A DNA stretch of 32,000 nt from Candidatus Kuenenia stuttgartensis (GCF_900232105.1 NZ_LT934425.1:2100001-2132000); one strand, 5' to 3'; positions 9,462-19,949 are shown, counted from the stretch's first letter. The notes: generated by a model not told the origin, from the letters alone. Made by a program: numbers and translations.

Positions 9462-9907
9462 TTAATACGTGCAAAATATGACATGAAGATTCATTATTTT
9501 GAAATAGTTCGATACTGTTGTCAGTAAATAATTGAAAAAGCGGAAGACCTGGATGGAAAAGTTTAGTTGCAAATATAAAACGATTTTTGTATAGTTAACT
9601 TATTCTCAAATCAGGGGTTGCTGTTATATGTACGAGAAACAAAGGTATTGTCATGATCTAAGTCACTGGTATCGGCATTTTGATATAACTATTTGTTGTA
9701 TTACAGGTTATATTAGCTGCTTACTAAAATACAAATTTATCGGTACATTACTCATAAACAATCAGAAACCTTTACGAAAAATAAGGAGAGTTTTGTTTTT
9801 TAAGTGAAATACAAATAATACACCTTTTTTGTTCCACGGAAAAATATTTAAACAGTAGTAGTAATTAATAAATTACACAACCAACCTGTAAAAGGAGGGT
9901 ATACAAA

Positions 9908-10681
9908 ATGAGAAGTATTGCATTGCTCAATCAGAAGGGGGGGGTAGGGAAAACTACTACAACTGCGAACCTGAGCGCATGTCTTGCGGCATTAGGGAGG
10001 AAGGTGCTGGCTATCGACATGGATCCTCAGGCTAATTTAAGCGTGCATCTTGGGGTGGACATTCATAATTTACAAAATTCGGTGTATAGTTTAATCATGG
10101 GGAATTGCAGTCCTTCGGAGGTGATTTTGCACACGGCAAATATTGGCCTTGATATTATACCCTCTACGATAGACCTCTCTGGGGCGGAGATTGAATTGGT
10201 AGGTATTGTTGGAAGAGAAACCGTTCTGAAAGAATATTTGGGGGACTCAATAAATGCGTATGATTATGTGCTTATTGATTGCCCCCCCTCGCTTGGGTTA
10301 TTGACAATCAATGTTATGACGTTTGTGAATGAATTGTTCATTCCCGTACAAACTGAATTTTTTGCGTTGCAGGGAGTAAGAAAATTACTTGATACGTATG
10401 AGATTGTGAAAAAACGATTAAATCACAATCTGGAGATTACCGGCGTCATTCTTTGTATGTATTCAAGTCGCGCACGGCTTTGTAACGAGGTGGTGGAAAA
10501 AATTAGAGAATATTTTGACGAGAAAGTTTTTGACACGATTGTAAGAAAAAATATTAAACTTTCGGAATCTCCCAGCCATGGAAAGCCGGTTATTACCTAT
10601 GCACCCGATTCACATGGATCCGAAGATTATATGTCTCTTGCAAAAGAGGTGATAAAAAGGGAAAACAATCATAGACGCTAA
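9908..10681 (+). CDS. parA: ParA/Soj-family partitioning ATPase
   Basis: 257 aa; deviant Walker A 'KGGVGKTTTTANLS', 'DMDPQANLSVHLG', 'YDYVLIDCPPSLGLLTINVM'; RBS-like AGGAGG upstream. Confidence 0.93.
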   Translation: MRSIALLNQKGGVGKTTTTANLSACLAALGRKVLAIDMDPQANLSVHLGVDIHNLQNSVYSLIMGNCSPSEVILHTANIGLDIIPSTIDLSGAEIELVGIVGRETVLKEYLGDSINAYDYVLIDCPPSLGLLTINVMTFVNELFIPVQTEFFALQGVRKLLDTYEIVKKRLNHNLEITGVILCMYSSRARLCNEVVEKIREYFDEKVFDTIVRKNIKLSESPSHGKPVITYAPDSHGSEDYMSLAKEVIKRENNHRR

Positions 10682-10864
10682 GAAATAGTATTATCCGTGT
10701 GTTTAAACCTCTCGATAGTTTGTTTTAGAGCTGATTTTCAATAGTGCAGATTTATTTTTGCAGAAGAAGATTTGTTCATTTTCCGGTAAAAGCGATCCTT
10801 CCTTTATAGCATTATATTGTGCATGAGGGTTGCGGTTATTACACCGAAAATTTCGAGGTAAAAG

Positions 10865-11470
10865 ATGAAAAAGAAAAATGTACTCGGACATGATCCCCTG
10901 GCATGGATGAATTTGGAACGGGAAAGGAAGTCGCCGTTGCCTGAAGGTGTCAAAGAGGGAGATAAAAACGTGGTAGAAAACAAACAACAAAAAGTGCAGA
11001 ATGCTGCAAAACAACAATCTTTCCCATTGCTGAAGGGGGATGAAGATAATAGTATTTCAAAGGGTAATCAGGCAGAAAGGGTTTTTAATGTTATCACCGG
11101 CAGTAATGAGCCTCCCCCGAAGCCAAAGGTCGTAATCGACCGTTTGTATGAAGAAATATCTAAAAAAGCTGCAACTACCATTTCACCGAGTAACGAGGCG
11201 ATTGCAACGCCTGGCGCAGCAAATAGGTTTCAAAAAACAGAACCACCTTCCTCAGGCTATGGTGCAGCAAAGACAGGCATGGGCATGCCGTCAAGGGTAA
11301 ATAAATTACCGGCTACTGGTTCTGGAGTACAGTTTTCTACGTATCTTATCGTTGCATACACGGTGTTGTTGCTTATTCTGGGATATTTTGTGTATACGGA
11401 CTTCTCGAAGCGCACAAATAGACTGGAGGCAAAAATATATGCAATAGAGAGGGCATTGCGTTTAAGATAA
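10865..11470 (+). CDS. Hypothetical protein, disordered with C-terminal TM helix; putative ParA partner
   Basis: 201 aa; N-terminal 'KKKNVLGHDPLAWM', low-complexity middle, TM 'YLIVAYTVLLLILGYFVY' then a short charged helix; co-directional, downstream of parA. Confidence 0.75.
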   Translation: MKKKNVLGHDPLAWMNLERERKSPLPEGVKEGDKNVVENKQQKVQNAAKQQSFPLLKGDEDNSISKGNQAERVFNVITGSNEPPPKPKVVIDRLYEEISKKAATTISPSNEAIATPGAANRFQKTEPPSSGYGAAKTGMGMPSRVNKLPATGSGVQFSTYLIVAYTVLLLILGYFVYTDFSKRTNRLEAKIYAIERALRLR

Positions 11471-11564
11471 TAGTGGGAAAATGCGGACAGTTTTTTTGTA
11501 AAGGGCAAAAGGATATGATATTTTGTTTCTGAAAAATATATGCTTAATACCTTGCATGCTGTTT

Positions 11565-12371
11565 TCAGCTTTTTATTGTAGCGTGCTCACCCCGGAATAT
11601 TTTCGTACCTCCATTCTGTAATTTTAACATTAACCCGCCGTTGTAGGATATTCCGATTACTTTGCCGGAATATTCCTTTCCATTGTCAGTGATTATCAGA
11701 TCTTTCCCCACAGTTACACAATATTCTTTCCACTTTTCAGTAATATATTTAAAGTGTTCATCCCGAAGAATTAAATACCACTTATCGATATATTGGAGCA
11801 GTGTTCTGGCGAAAGATATACGGTTAACGTATTCTTTTTTTTCTATTGCAATTGATGTTGGAAGTATACTCGTTTTTTTCGGCAATTCGGTTTCTGTTGT
11901 GTTGATATTTATGCCGATCCCTATTAAAAATATGGGTTGTTTTTTGTGATTCTTTTCCATAGTTACCAGTACCCCCCCCCATTTCTTTCCTCCGATTAAC
12001 AGGTCGTTTGGCCATTTGATTTCCGCTTGTAATAGGAAGGATTCACGAACCATTTCCGTTATTGCCACCGCTATAGTGCCTATTAACAGGCATAAATTGT
12101 CAGGTTTCATAGTATATTTGAGCAGAATGGTAAGGAGCAAGCCCTTGTATTTTGGGCAAAACCAAATATGGTTTGAACGGCCCCTGCCGTTCGTCTGTTC
12201 TTCGGCAAAAATGGTAGTGCCGTTTTTAAAATCTGTTTGTATAAGTTCCCTTGCTGCATCCATTGTGGAAGTGATTTTTTCATGATAAATAATTTCACTT
12301 CCGACAATTTTTGTCTTTAAGCCATCCATGATTTCTTCTGGTCTTAAAAGGTATGAGGCTTTTGTTTTCAT
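11565..12371 (-). CDS. birA: Biotin--[acetyl-CoA-carboxylase] ligase
   Basis: 268 aa; 'STMDAARELI', 'FAEEQTNGRGRSNHIWFCP', 'KWPNDLLIGGKKWGGVLV', 'IGIGININ' ligase motifs; lacks an N-terminal HTH. Confidence 0.93.
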   Translation of the reverse strand: MKTKASYLLRPEEIMDGLKTKIVGSEIIYHEKITSTMDAARELIQTDFKNGTTIFAEEQTNGRGRSNHIWFCPKYKGLLLTILLKYTMKPDNLCLLIGTIAVAITEMVRESFLLQAEIKWPNDLLIGGKKWGGVLVTMEKNHKKQPIFLIGIGININTTETELPKKTSILPTSIAIEKKEYVNRISFARTLLQYIDKWYLILRDEHFKYITEKWKEYCVTVGKDLIITDNGKEYSGKVIGISYNGGLMLKLQNGGTKIFRGEHATIKS

Positions 12372-12785
12372 TTAAGAGGGTGCTTTACAGTGTTTTTATA
12401 CAAAATTATTATAGAAGAGTATTAATGAAACGCGGTCAATATCTGATATGCTTTCACTATATGTCAAAATTTATTTTGAAAGTCAATAGTATAAATAGAA
12501 AAAACAATTGTATCTTGTTTTTAGAGCAAATTTCCTTAATTTTATTTGGTTAAGCCTCTCGTCTTTGTCATAAGGATTTTTTGAGGAAATGAAAACTCTG
12601 CCATACTGACAGTTGCGATAGATGGCGGTTTTTTAATTCTGTCACTATGGCATATTCAATGGCTATAACTATATTGTTCCGCAAGGTGTAAAACTTAATA
12701 TTTGTGCTGGTTAAGGCATATTATTAACAACAATTTGGCTGAGGCATGTGTTTTGCTCGTTACTGTTGGGTTAGTAAGTTTTATG

Positions 12786-12809
12786 ATACTATCATGAGCG
12801 TAGTATAAT
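12786..12809 (+). promoter_or_regulatory. Possible promoter -10 (TATAAT) with overlapping small inverted repeat, upstream of first groEL
   Basis: TATAAT at 12804-12809, poor -35-like TTATGA at 12781-12786 (17-bp spacer); ATACTA(12786-12791)-N9-TAGTAT(12801-12806). Confidence 0.3.
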
Positions 12810-12840
12810 CTCTATCCGGAATTTTGAAAGGAGGTACTTG

Positions 12841-14511
12841 ATGGCGAAGCAATTGGCCTTTAGTGATGAGGCAAGAGCCGCGATTGCCAGAGGGGTGACA
12901 AAACTCGCAAGGGCAGTTAAGGTGACTTTGGGGCCAAGGGGCAGAAATGCTGTGTTGGATAAGGGGTACGGGAGCCCAACCGTAACTAAAGATGGAGTAA
13001 CGGTAGCAGATGAGACGGAGCTGATAGACCCTTATGAAAATACAGGCGCCCGGTTGGTGAGGGAGGCTGCTTCAAAGACAAGTGATGTGGCCGGGGATGG
13101 CACCACAACTGCCACGGTTCTGGCTGAGGCAATATTTTTGGAAGGACTAAAGTGCGTGACGTCCGGCGCAGACCCAATGGCGCTCAACAGGGGGATGCGC
13201 AAGGCCCAGGAAAAGGTGGTAAGCAAATTAAAAGAAATGAGCAAAAAGGTTCAGAACCAAAATGATATTGCTAATATCGGCTCCATTGCGGCAAATAACG
13301 ATAAAGAAGTTGGTAAAATGATTGCCGATGCAATGGATAAGGTTGGGAAAGATGGTGTGATCACCGTCGAAGAAGGAAAAGGTCTTGATACACGCGTGGA
13401 AGTAGTGGAAGGCATGCAGTTTGACCGTGGCTACCTTTCCCCGCATTTTGTAACAAATCAGGATACTATGGAGGTGGAATTAAAGGATCCCTATATTCTG
13501 GTATTCGAGGATAAGGTATCGACGATTAAGGGGCTTGTGCCACTGCTGGAAAAATTGGCGAAAACGGGAGTTCCTCTTTTAATTATAGCGGAAGATGTGG
13601 AAGGGGAGGCATTGGCAACCCTTGTTGTTAATAAACTTCGTGGCACTATAAGTTGTGCAGCAGTAAAAGCGCCGGGTTACGGAGACCGCAGGAAGGCTAT
13701 GTTGGATGATATTGCAACCCTTACCGGCGGGAAGGCCATATTTAAAGATCTTGGAATTCAGTTGGAAAATATTGATATTCGCGATTTGGGGCGCGCTAAA
13801 AAAGTCACTATCGACAGTGATAACACTACGATTGTGCAGGGCGCCGGCAGCTCTGACGCCATATCCGGCAGGATCAATCAGATAAGAAACGAGATAGAAA
13901 CAACAACCTCGGATTATGACAGGGAAAAGCTGCAGGAACGTTTGGCGAAGCTTGCGGGCGGCATTGCTCAGATTTTGGTGGGAGCCGCCACGGAAAGTGA
14001 GATGAAAGAAAAGAAGGCACGGGTTGAAGACGCGTTGCATGCTACGCGGGCTGCTGTTGAAGAAGGTATTTTGCCAGGCGGCGGTGTTGCTCTCCTCAAT
14101 ACCATTGAAGTTTTAGAAAAGCTTAAACTGGATGGTGATGAGGCAATGGGCGTTGATATTGTAAAAAAGGCTCTTTCCTCTCCGGCAAAACAAATATTTA
14201 AAAATGCCGGGCTTGAAGGGTCTGTAATTGTAAAGAAAATACTAGACGCCCGTGATTCTATGTATGGCTATGATGCAGACAAGGGAGATTACTGCAATAT
14301 GATAGAGGCCGGCGTAATCGACCCTACGAAGGTGACGAGAAGCGCTCTCCAGAATGCCATAAGCATTGCCGGAATATTATTGACCACCGAATGCATTATT
14401 ACCGATATCCCTAAGAAAGAAGGCGAAGGCATGCCATCTGGTATGGGTGGCATGGGCGGTATGGGTGGTATGGGTGGTATGGGTGGTATGGGCGGCATGG
14501 GAATGATGTAG
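12841..14511 (+). CDS. groEL: 60 kDa chaperonin GroEL (paralog 1, GGM-tail type)
   Basis: About 556 aa from ATG 12841 (track starts at TTG 12838); '[14 protein letters not shown]', '[15 protein letters not shown]', C-terminal GGM repeats; AAAGGAGG RBS. Confidence 0.98.
   Translation: MAKQLAFSDEARAAIARGVTKLARAVKVTLGPRGRNAVLDKGYGSPTVTKDGVTVADETELIDPYENTGARLVREAASKTSDVAGDGTTTATVLAEAIFLEGLKCVTSGADPMALNRGMRKAQEKVVSKLKEMSKKVQNQNDIANIGSIAANNDKEVGKMIADAMDKVGKDGVITVEEGKGLDTRVEVVEGMQFDRGYLSPHFVTNQDTMEVELKDPYILVFEDKVSTIKGLVPLLEKLAKTGVPLLIIAEDVEGEALATLVVNKLRGTISCAAVKAPGYGDRRKAMLDDIATLTGGKAIFKDLGIQLENIDIRDLGRAKKVTIDSDNTTIVQGAGSSDAISGRINQIRNEIETTTSDYDREKLQERLAKLAGGIAQILVGAATESEMKEKKARVEDALHATRAAVEEGILPGGGVALLNTIEVLEKLKLDGDEAMGVDIVKKALSSPAKQIFKNAGLEGSVIVKKILDARDSMYGYDADKGDYCNMIEAGVIDPTKVTRSALQNAISIAGILLTTECIITDIPKKEGEGMPSGMGGMGGMGGMGGMGGMGGMGMM
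14440..14502 (+). repeat. In-frame tandem repeat encoding (GGM)n tail of GroEL1
   Basis: Tandem 9-bp units GGTATGGGT/GGCATGGGC. Confidence 0.9.
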
Positions 14512-14600
14512 CCGTCAGGTTCGTTAAAAAGAGTATATAAAAGTTTTAGGGAAAAAGATTTTTTCAATCAATTTATTGCTAAGGAGGTAAATAAAAGAGT

Positions 14601-14891
14601 ATGGCAAACATTAAACCGTTAGATGACAGGGTAGTTGTTCAGCCTATGGAAGCTGAGGAAAAAACAAAGGGTGGTATCGTTTTACCTGAGACAGCAAAAG
14701 AAAAACCAATAAAAGGAAAAATAATAGCAGTTGGCGAAGGAAAATTATTGGAAAATGGTAAAAGAGCAGATTTATTGGTAAAGGTGGGCGATGTGGTTTT
14801 ATACGGAAAATACGCAGGAACAGAGGTTACGGTTGACGGCAAAGAATATTTGATTATGAGAGAAAGCGACATTTTGGCGAAAGTTAACTAA
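14601..14891 (+). CDS. groES: Co-chaperonin GroES
   Basis: 96 aa; '[33 protein letters not shown]', '[28 protein letters not shown]'. Confidence 0.98.
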   Translation: MANIKPLDDRVVVQPMEAEEKTKGGIVLPETAKEKPIKGKIIAVGEGKLLENGKRADLLVKVGDVVLYGKYAGTEVTVDGKEYLIMRESDILAKVN

Positions 14892-14940
14892 GCTTGAGCA
14901 ATGGCAAATAATTAAATTGTAATTTCTTGGAGGTTATAAC

Positions 14941-16560
14941 ATGGCAGCAAAGCAGTTGATTTATGATGAAATTGCCAGGGGGTCGCTTCGAAAGGGGATA
15001 AGACAATTAGCAGACGTCGTTCGGGTAACTATGGGGCCTACCGGAAGGAATGTGATACTGGAAAAGGGTTTTGGCGCCCCCTCTGTTACAAAGGATGGTG
15101 TAACTGTCGCAAAAGAGGTTGAATTAAAAAATCCCTTTGAAAATATGGGCGCTAAAATGGTATGTGAAGTGGCGTCAAAAACCAGTGATATTGCAGGCGA
15201 TGGTACGACTACTGCGACCATTCTGGCAGAGGCAATTTTCAATGAGGGGATGAAGTATGTCACCGCAGGCGCTAACCCTATGGCGCTCAAAAGGGGTATT
15301 GACAAGGCGGTGGACGTTGTGGTCGCAGAACTGAAACAGTTAAGCATCCCCATAAAAGGACGCGCAGAGATTGCGCAAGTGGGTACAATTTCTGCAAACA
15401 ATGATGCTTCTATTGGAAATCTTCTTGCAGACGCGATGGATAAGGTAGGGAAAGACGGCGTGATTACGGTTGAAGAGGCGAAGGGGATAGAGACTACTTT
15501 AGAAATTGTTGAAGGTATGCAGTTTGATAAGGGGTATCTCTCTCCTTACTTCATAACAGATGCTCAAAATATGGAAGTGGTGCTGGAAAATGCATATATA
15601 TTAATTCACGAGAAGAAGATATCCAGCATGAGAGATCTCCTGCCCTTGTTGGAAAAGATTGCAGGTAGCGGAAAACCATTTTTGATAATTTCCGAGGATG
15701 TTGAAGGTGAAGCGCTGGCAACTCTCGTTGTGAATAAGCTGCGCGGTGTATTAAGCTGTGCGGCGGTTAAGGCTCCAGGGTTTGGCGACCGCAGAAAGGC
15801 TATGCTGGAAGATATCGCAATATTGACGAACGGAAAGGCAATTACCGAAGATTTGGGATTAAAGCTGGAGAATATCGGGATAGAAGATCTTGGAGTGGCA
15901 AAGAGGATTACCATAAATAAAGATAACACGACAATAATCGAAGGTGCGGCTACGAAAGAAAACATTCAGGCCAGGATCCGGCAAATCAAAAATCAGATTG
16001 AACAGACAACGTCAAACTATGATAAAGAAAAACTCAGCGAGAGGCTTGCGAAGCTGGCTGGCGGGGTTGCGGTAATACACGTTGGGGCGGCAACCGAAGT
16101 CGAGATGAATGAGAAAAAGGCACGCGTGGAAGATGCTTTACATGCAACCAGGGCTGCTGTTGAGGAAGGTATTGTGCCAGGGGGAGGCATCGCTTACATA
16201 CGTACGATACCTGCACTGAAAGAGGCAAGTAAAAATGCTAACGGCGATGAGAAGATCGGTATGGATTTAATTGCAAAAGTGCTGGAAGCTCCCTTACGGC
16301 AAATTGCGAATAATACCGGGGCAGACGGTTCGGTGGTTTTTGAGGAAGTGAAGGGGCTTTCCGCAAATATGGGCTATAATGCCAATACTGGCGAGTATGT
16401 TGATATGTTCGTGGCGGGTATTGTTGATCCTGCGAAAGTATCGAGAGTGGCATTGCAAAATTCGGCAAGTGTCGCCGGTTTATTGCTGACAACTGAGACT
16501 ATGGTGACGGAATATAAAGAGGATGAGGATGAAAAAATTATAAATGGCAGCATTCATTAA
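14941..16560 (+). CDS. groEL: 60 kDa chaperonin GroEL (paralog 2, non-GGM tail)
   Basis: 539 aa; '[14 protein letters not shown]', '[21 protein letters not shown]'; C-terminus '[17 protein letters not shown]'. Confidence 0.98.
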   Translation: MAAKQLIYDEIARGSLRKGIRQLADVVRVTMGPTGRNVILEKGFGAPSVTKDGVTVAKEVELKNPFENMGAKMVCEVASKTSDIAGDGTTTATILAEAIFNEGMKYVTAGANPMALKRGIDKAVDVVVAELKQLSIPIKGRAEIAQVGTISANNDASIGNLLADAMDKVGKDGVITVEEAKGIETTLEIVEGMQFDKGYLSPYFITDAQNMEVVLENAYILIHEKKISSMRDLLPLLEKIAGSGKPFLIISEDVEGEALATLVVNKLRGVLSCAAVKAPGFGDRRKAMLEDIAILTNGKAITEDLGLKLENIGIEDLGVAKRITINKDNTTIIEGAATKENIQARIRQIKNQIEQTTSNYDKEKLSERLAKLAGGVAVIHVGAATEVEMNEKKARVEDALHATRAAVEEGIVPGGGIAYIRTIPALKEASKNANGDEKIGMDLIAKVLEAPLRQIANNTGADGSVVFEEVKGLSANMGYNANTGEYVDMFVAGIVDPAKVSRVALQNSASVAGLLLTTETMVTEYKEDEDEKIINGSIH

Positions 16561-16594
16561 AATAATTTCAGAACTACTACTCATTATTAAAGTG

Positions 16595-16623
16595 AAAAGG
16601 CTGCTACATGTAGCCTTTTTGCT
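16595..16623 (+). terminator. Rho-independent terminator downstream of the chaperonin cluster
   Basis: AAAAGGCT-N9-AGCCTTTT stem followed by T-rich tract (TTTTTGCTTTTG). Confidence 0.7.
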
Positions 16624-16738
16624 TTTGTACACACCACCACACTGTCATAAAAATCAGATACCCCTTCGCAGGTGATTTAAAATGACCATGTCAAAGCAGG
16701 AAAAACTATTAGGAACACGAGGAAATAGTGGTGACGTT

Positions 16739-16770
16739 CTGTAGCGGCAATTAATGAATTGCCGCTACAG
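16739..16770. repeat. Perfect palindromic hairpin
   Basis: CTGTAGCGGCAATT-AATG-AATTGCCGCTACAG, 14-bp perfect arms. Confidence 0.9.
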
Positions 16771-16782
16771 GGCTTAATACCC

Positions 16783-16908
16783 GTAACTATTCAGCGTAAA
16801 CGATACACGGCTCGTTCCCAAACCTTATACTGAACATAGTGAAGTATCTGTTTGGGAACGAGTTGTGCTCTGATCTCCGGTAGTTTAATAAATACGCTGA
16901 ATAGTTAC
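16783..16908. mobile_element. MITE-like non-autonomous element, 126 bp
   Basis: Perfect 16-bp TIRs GTAACTATTCAGCGTA (16783-16798) / TACGCTGAATAGTTAC (16893-16908); flanked by exact 8-bp direct repeat TAATACCC (16775-16782 and 16909-16916); nested inner 13-bp inverted repeat CTCGTTCCCAAAC / GTTTGGGAACGAG (16811-16823, 16850-16862). Confidence 0.88.
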
Positions 16909-17078
16909 TAATACCCTGTGATTGCAAAGACCTTTCAAAAGGTGGACAATGTTTTAAGGCCGTACTGACGGCAGAATGGGTGTTTTAAAACTTCCTTGAT
17001 TTTATTCTGTTCTATGCACTATAATTTTTTTGGTACTTTTTAAATAATTAGAGATAAAATTCGAAAAATAAAATACTT

Positions 17079-18197
17079 ATGGGACGAGATTACTATCAAA
17101 TATTGGGAGTAAGCAGGAACGCGGGCAGCGATGAAATAAAAAAAGCGTATCGACAACTGGCGATGAAATATCACCCCGATAGAAATCCCGGTAATAAAGA
17201 ATCTGAACAAATGTTTAAAGAAGCGGCGGAAGCATATGGAGTATTGAGTGACGCCGAAAAGAAGAAATTATATGATCAATACGGAGAAGAAGGCCTGAAG
17301 GCCACAGGCACTCGTGGTTACAGCTCCTATGAGGATATCTTTGATGCGTTTGGAGATATATTTGGTGGCGGAAGTATTTTCGATGAATTTTTTGGCAAGG
17401 GAAGAGGCGGTGGAGAAGCCGGTAAAAGAGGGGCAAGTTTAAAATGTGATATCGAGATGGGGTTTAAAGAAGTTGCTACCGGCGTAGAGAAAAAGATCGA
17501 ACTTATGCGAAGGGAAATATGCGATGCTTGCCGTGGTACTGGCGCTAAGGAAGGTACTTCTCCGGTTACGTGTCCTTACTGCGGAGGGAAGGGACAGGTG
17601 CAACAATCGCAAGGGTTCTTCACATTGCGCACTACATGTCCTAAATGCCGTGGCACTGGCAAAATTATCGAATCGCCATGCAGAAAATGCGGCGGAACAA
17701 AACGATATCCAAGAAGGGCGACAATATCGGTAAAGATCCCGGCAGGGGTAGAAGATGGCACAAGACTGAGACTGGTGGGACAGGGCGAACCAGGAGAGAA
17801 TGGAGCACCTTCCGGTGATTTGTATTGTGATGTCCACGTCACGCCCCATCCAATCTTTCAGAGGCATGGAAACGATGTATTGTGTGAAGTCCCCATTAGT
17901 TTTGCACAGGCGGCATTAGGCTGCAAACTTGATGTCCCGACATTGTCTGGCAATATCATTCAGGTGAAAGTGCCTAAGGGCATACAAAATAACGAGATTA
18001 TCCCTATTAAAGGTGAAGGGTTTCCTAATATACACAGGCATGGCAAAGGTAATTTGCTGGTTCAGGTGGTAGTTGAAACACCAACGAAGATTTCTTCGCG
18101 TCAGGAAGAATTGTTAAAAGAATTCGCCGAGCTGGAAAAAAATAATATTTCTTCCAGACAAAAGAAGTTTATTGAAAAAATGAAACAGGTATCATAA
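17079..18197 (+). CDS. dnaJ: Chaperone DnaJ
   Basis: 372 aa; J domain '[34 protein letters not shown]', Gly-rich region, four CxxCxGxG motifs. Confidence 0.97.
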   Translation: MGRDYYQILGVSRNAGSDEIKKAYRQLAMKYHPDRNPGNKESEQMFKEAAEAYGVLSDAEKKKLYDQYGEEGLKATGTRGYSSYEDIFDAFGDIFGGGSIFDEFFGKGRGGGEAGKRGASLKCDIEMGFKEVATGVEKKIELMRREICDACRGTGAKEGTSPVTCPYCGGKGQVQQSQGFFTLRTTCPKCRGTGKIIESPCRKCGGTKRYPRRATISVKIPAGVEDGTRLRLVGQGEPGENGAPSGDLYCDVHVTPHPIFQRHGNDVLCEVPISFAQAALGCKLDVPTLSGNIIQVKVPKGIQNNEIIPIKGEGFPNIHRHGKGNLLVQVVVETPTKISSRQEELLKEFAELEKNNISSRQKKFIEKMKQVS

Positions 18198-18273
18198 TAT
18201 TTTTTATTGAAAGGAGGTACAACTTAATTGTATTGCGGCTCTTTTGTGCTGCTGTAAAAATTAAGTATGATAT

Positions 18274-18561
18274 ATGCCAACATACGAATACAGATGTAAT
18301 GAATGTAGTCATAAATTTGAAATGTTTCAATCTATAAAATCAGATCCGGTGAAGGAATGTCCTTCCTGTGGTCGTTTTTCTGTGGAAAGAATTATTGGGA
18401 CGGGTGGGGCAATAATTTTTAAAGGTTCAGGATTTTACCAGACGGATTACCGGAGCGAAGAATATAAATCCAGTGCAAAAAAAGAATCAGAAATAGCAAA
18501 GCCGGAAACAAAGGATAAAAAACAAGAGAAAAAGACAGAAAAAACGCATGCAGAAAATTAA
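18274..18561 (+). CDS. FmdB-family zinc ribbon protein
   Basis: 95 aa; '[33 protein letters not shown]...[23 protein letters not shown]'. Confidence 0.93.
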   Translation: MPTYEYRCNECSHKFEMFQSIKSDPVKECPSCGRFSVERIIGTGGAIIFKGSGFYQTDYRSEEYKSSAKKESEIAKPETKDKKQEKKTEKTHAEN

Positions 18562-18751
18562 TTGTCCGAATTGCAGAAAAATACTCTTTTACCAGGTGAT
18601 TAAGGATTTGCCCTATTTCCCTTTTTGCAGCAACAGGTGCAAATTGGTTGATTTTGGTGCCTGGTTGGATGAGAGTTACTGTATAGGGGAGCCGATGGGG
18701 AGTGACGGGTCAACATGTATATATGAAAAGGGAGAGGAAATGGATGGTTAA
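18548..18751 (+). CDS. yacG: YacG-like zinc-binding protein (DNA gyrase inhibitor family)
   Basis: 67 aa; '[12 protein letters not shown]...[24 protein letters not shown]' matches the YacG C-x2-C...FCSxRCxxxDLGxWxxExY pattern. Confidence 0.9.
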   Translation: MQKINCPNCRKILFYQVIKDLPYFPFCSNRCKLVDFGAWLDESYCIGEPMGSDGSTCIYEKGEEMDG

Positions 18752-19949
18752 AACAAAGACACACGTACATAGCTGGCGCGATATTTTTGTTGCTTTTAAA
18801 ATGGCATTTGATCCTAAGATGATGTTTCTCGGGTATGCAGGCCTTCTTATCAGTTTAGCCTGGTGTATGACGGCGGCATCTTTTTTTTCTGCACTAAAAA
18901 TAATAAATTTATCACCGTTCTTTTTTACGAAAATTATTTTATCCCCGATGCGGGATAATTGCCCCATACATGGAGCAAATTTTTCATCTGCCGCAGCGAT
19001 GTTCAGTGTGGGCGGATTTATATTCTTTATAACAATTGCTCTGGGACTCCTGGCAATATGGTCATTTTTTGGCGGTGCAATTACCAGAATAGCTGCACTG
19101 GATTATGCGAGGGATGAAAATGTTAGGTTAATAGATGCTGTTATATTTGCCAGAAAAAAATTCTGGTCATTTTTTTGGTCGCCAATGATTCCTTTTATAG
19201 GGGTGTTTTTTTTCGGAATATGCAATGTAATTGGCGGTTTAATAGGAAGGATACCGGTATTGGGGGAATGTGTGGTTGCTTTAGGGTTTCCCTTTGCCTT
19301 TGTTGCCGGCTTATTGATGGTGTTAGTCGGGATAATAGGTGTATTGGGTATGTGTTTTATGTACCCTACCATTAGCGCTGAAGGGTCGGATGCATTTGAC
19401 GCGGTAAGCCGTGCATACAGTTATGTAATTTCAAGACCAAAACGGTTTTTGGGGTATTGTGGAATATATATAGTATATGGCATTATTTGCGTTTCAATAG
19501 TTGCTTTTTTTGCATGGCTGGTGATTCATCTGTCTTTCTGTACGGTAGGATTTGGGATGGGAGAAAAATTTTATACCGTTAAAGCATATATACTGCAACG
19601 ATATAATATTGCATGTTTAGGCTTTTGCATGAAGCCTGCTGACGAATCAAAGGCAGTGGCATCTGTTCTTGCCGGGTGGTCTCTGAAATTCCTTGCGGGC
19701 ATGTTGATTGTTTATATCTTTTGTATTAAATTGGCCGTATGGAATTTTTTTATTAACTATGTATTTTCCGCGAAAACAGTTATTTATTTTTTATTGAGAA
19801 AAGAAATAGATAGTACCAATGTTACCGATGTGTATTTGGAAAATAACAGCCGGAATGAACTGACGACTGATATTAAAAATGATGATATAAAGAAACTTTC
19901 CGAAAATACACACAATGATGATGTCCGGAGTGACCAATTTAAGGAATAA
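18744..19949 (+). CDS. Polytopic integral membrane protein of unknown function
   Basis: About 401 aa from ATG 18744 (track 18702); multiple hydrophobic segments ([64 protein letters not shown]); overlaps the end of yacG. Confidence 0.8.
   Translation: MVKTKTHVHSWRDIFVAFKMAFDPKMMFLGYAGLLISLAWCMTAASFFSALKIINLSPFFFTKIILSPMRDNCPIHGANFSSAAAMFSVGGFIFFITIALGLLAIWSFFGGAITRIAALDYARDENVRLIDAVIFARKKFWSFFWSPMIPFIGVFFFGICNVIGGLIGRIPVLGECVVALGFPFAFVAGLLMVLVGIIGVLGMCFMYPTISAEGSDAFDAVSRAYSYVISRPKRFLGYCGIYIVYGIICVSIVAFFAWLVIHLSFCTVGFGMGEKFYTVKAYILQRYNIACLGFCMKPADESKAVASVLAGWSLKFLAGMLIVYIFCIKLAVWNFFINYVFSAKTVIYFLLRKEIDSTNVTDVYLENNSRNELTTDIKNDDIKKLSENTHNDDVRSDQFKE

Noticed and set aside
13579-14040. 153-aa antisense ORF in groEL1, and similar in groEL2 and nifS
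   Set aside because: Antisense shadows of strongly conserved coding sequences; no independent evidence.
14440-14502. Tandem 9-bp repeat as a minisatellite
   Set aside because: It is the ordinary GGM-tail coding repeat of GroEL.
14512-14600. CIRCE operator or second promoter between groEL1 and groES
   Set aside because: No TTAGCACTC-like dyad or convincing -35/-10; only the groES RBS (AAGGAGG) is clear.
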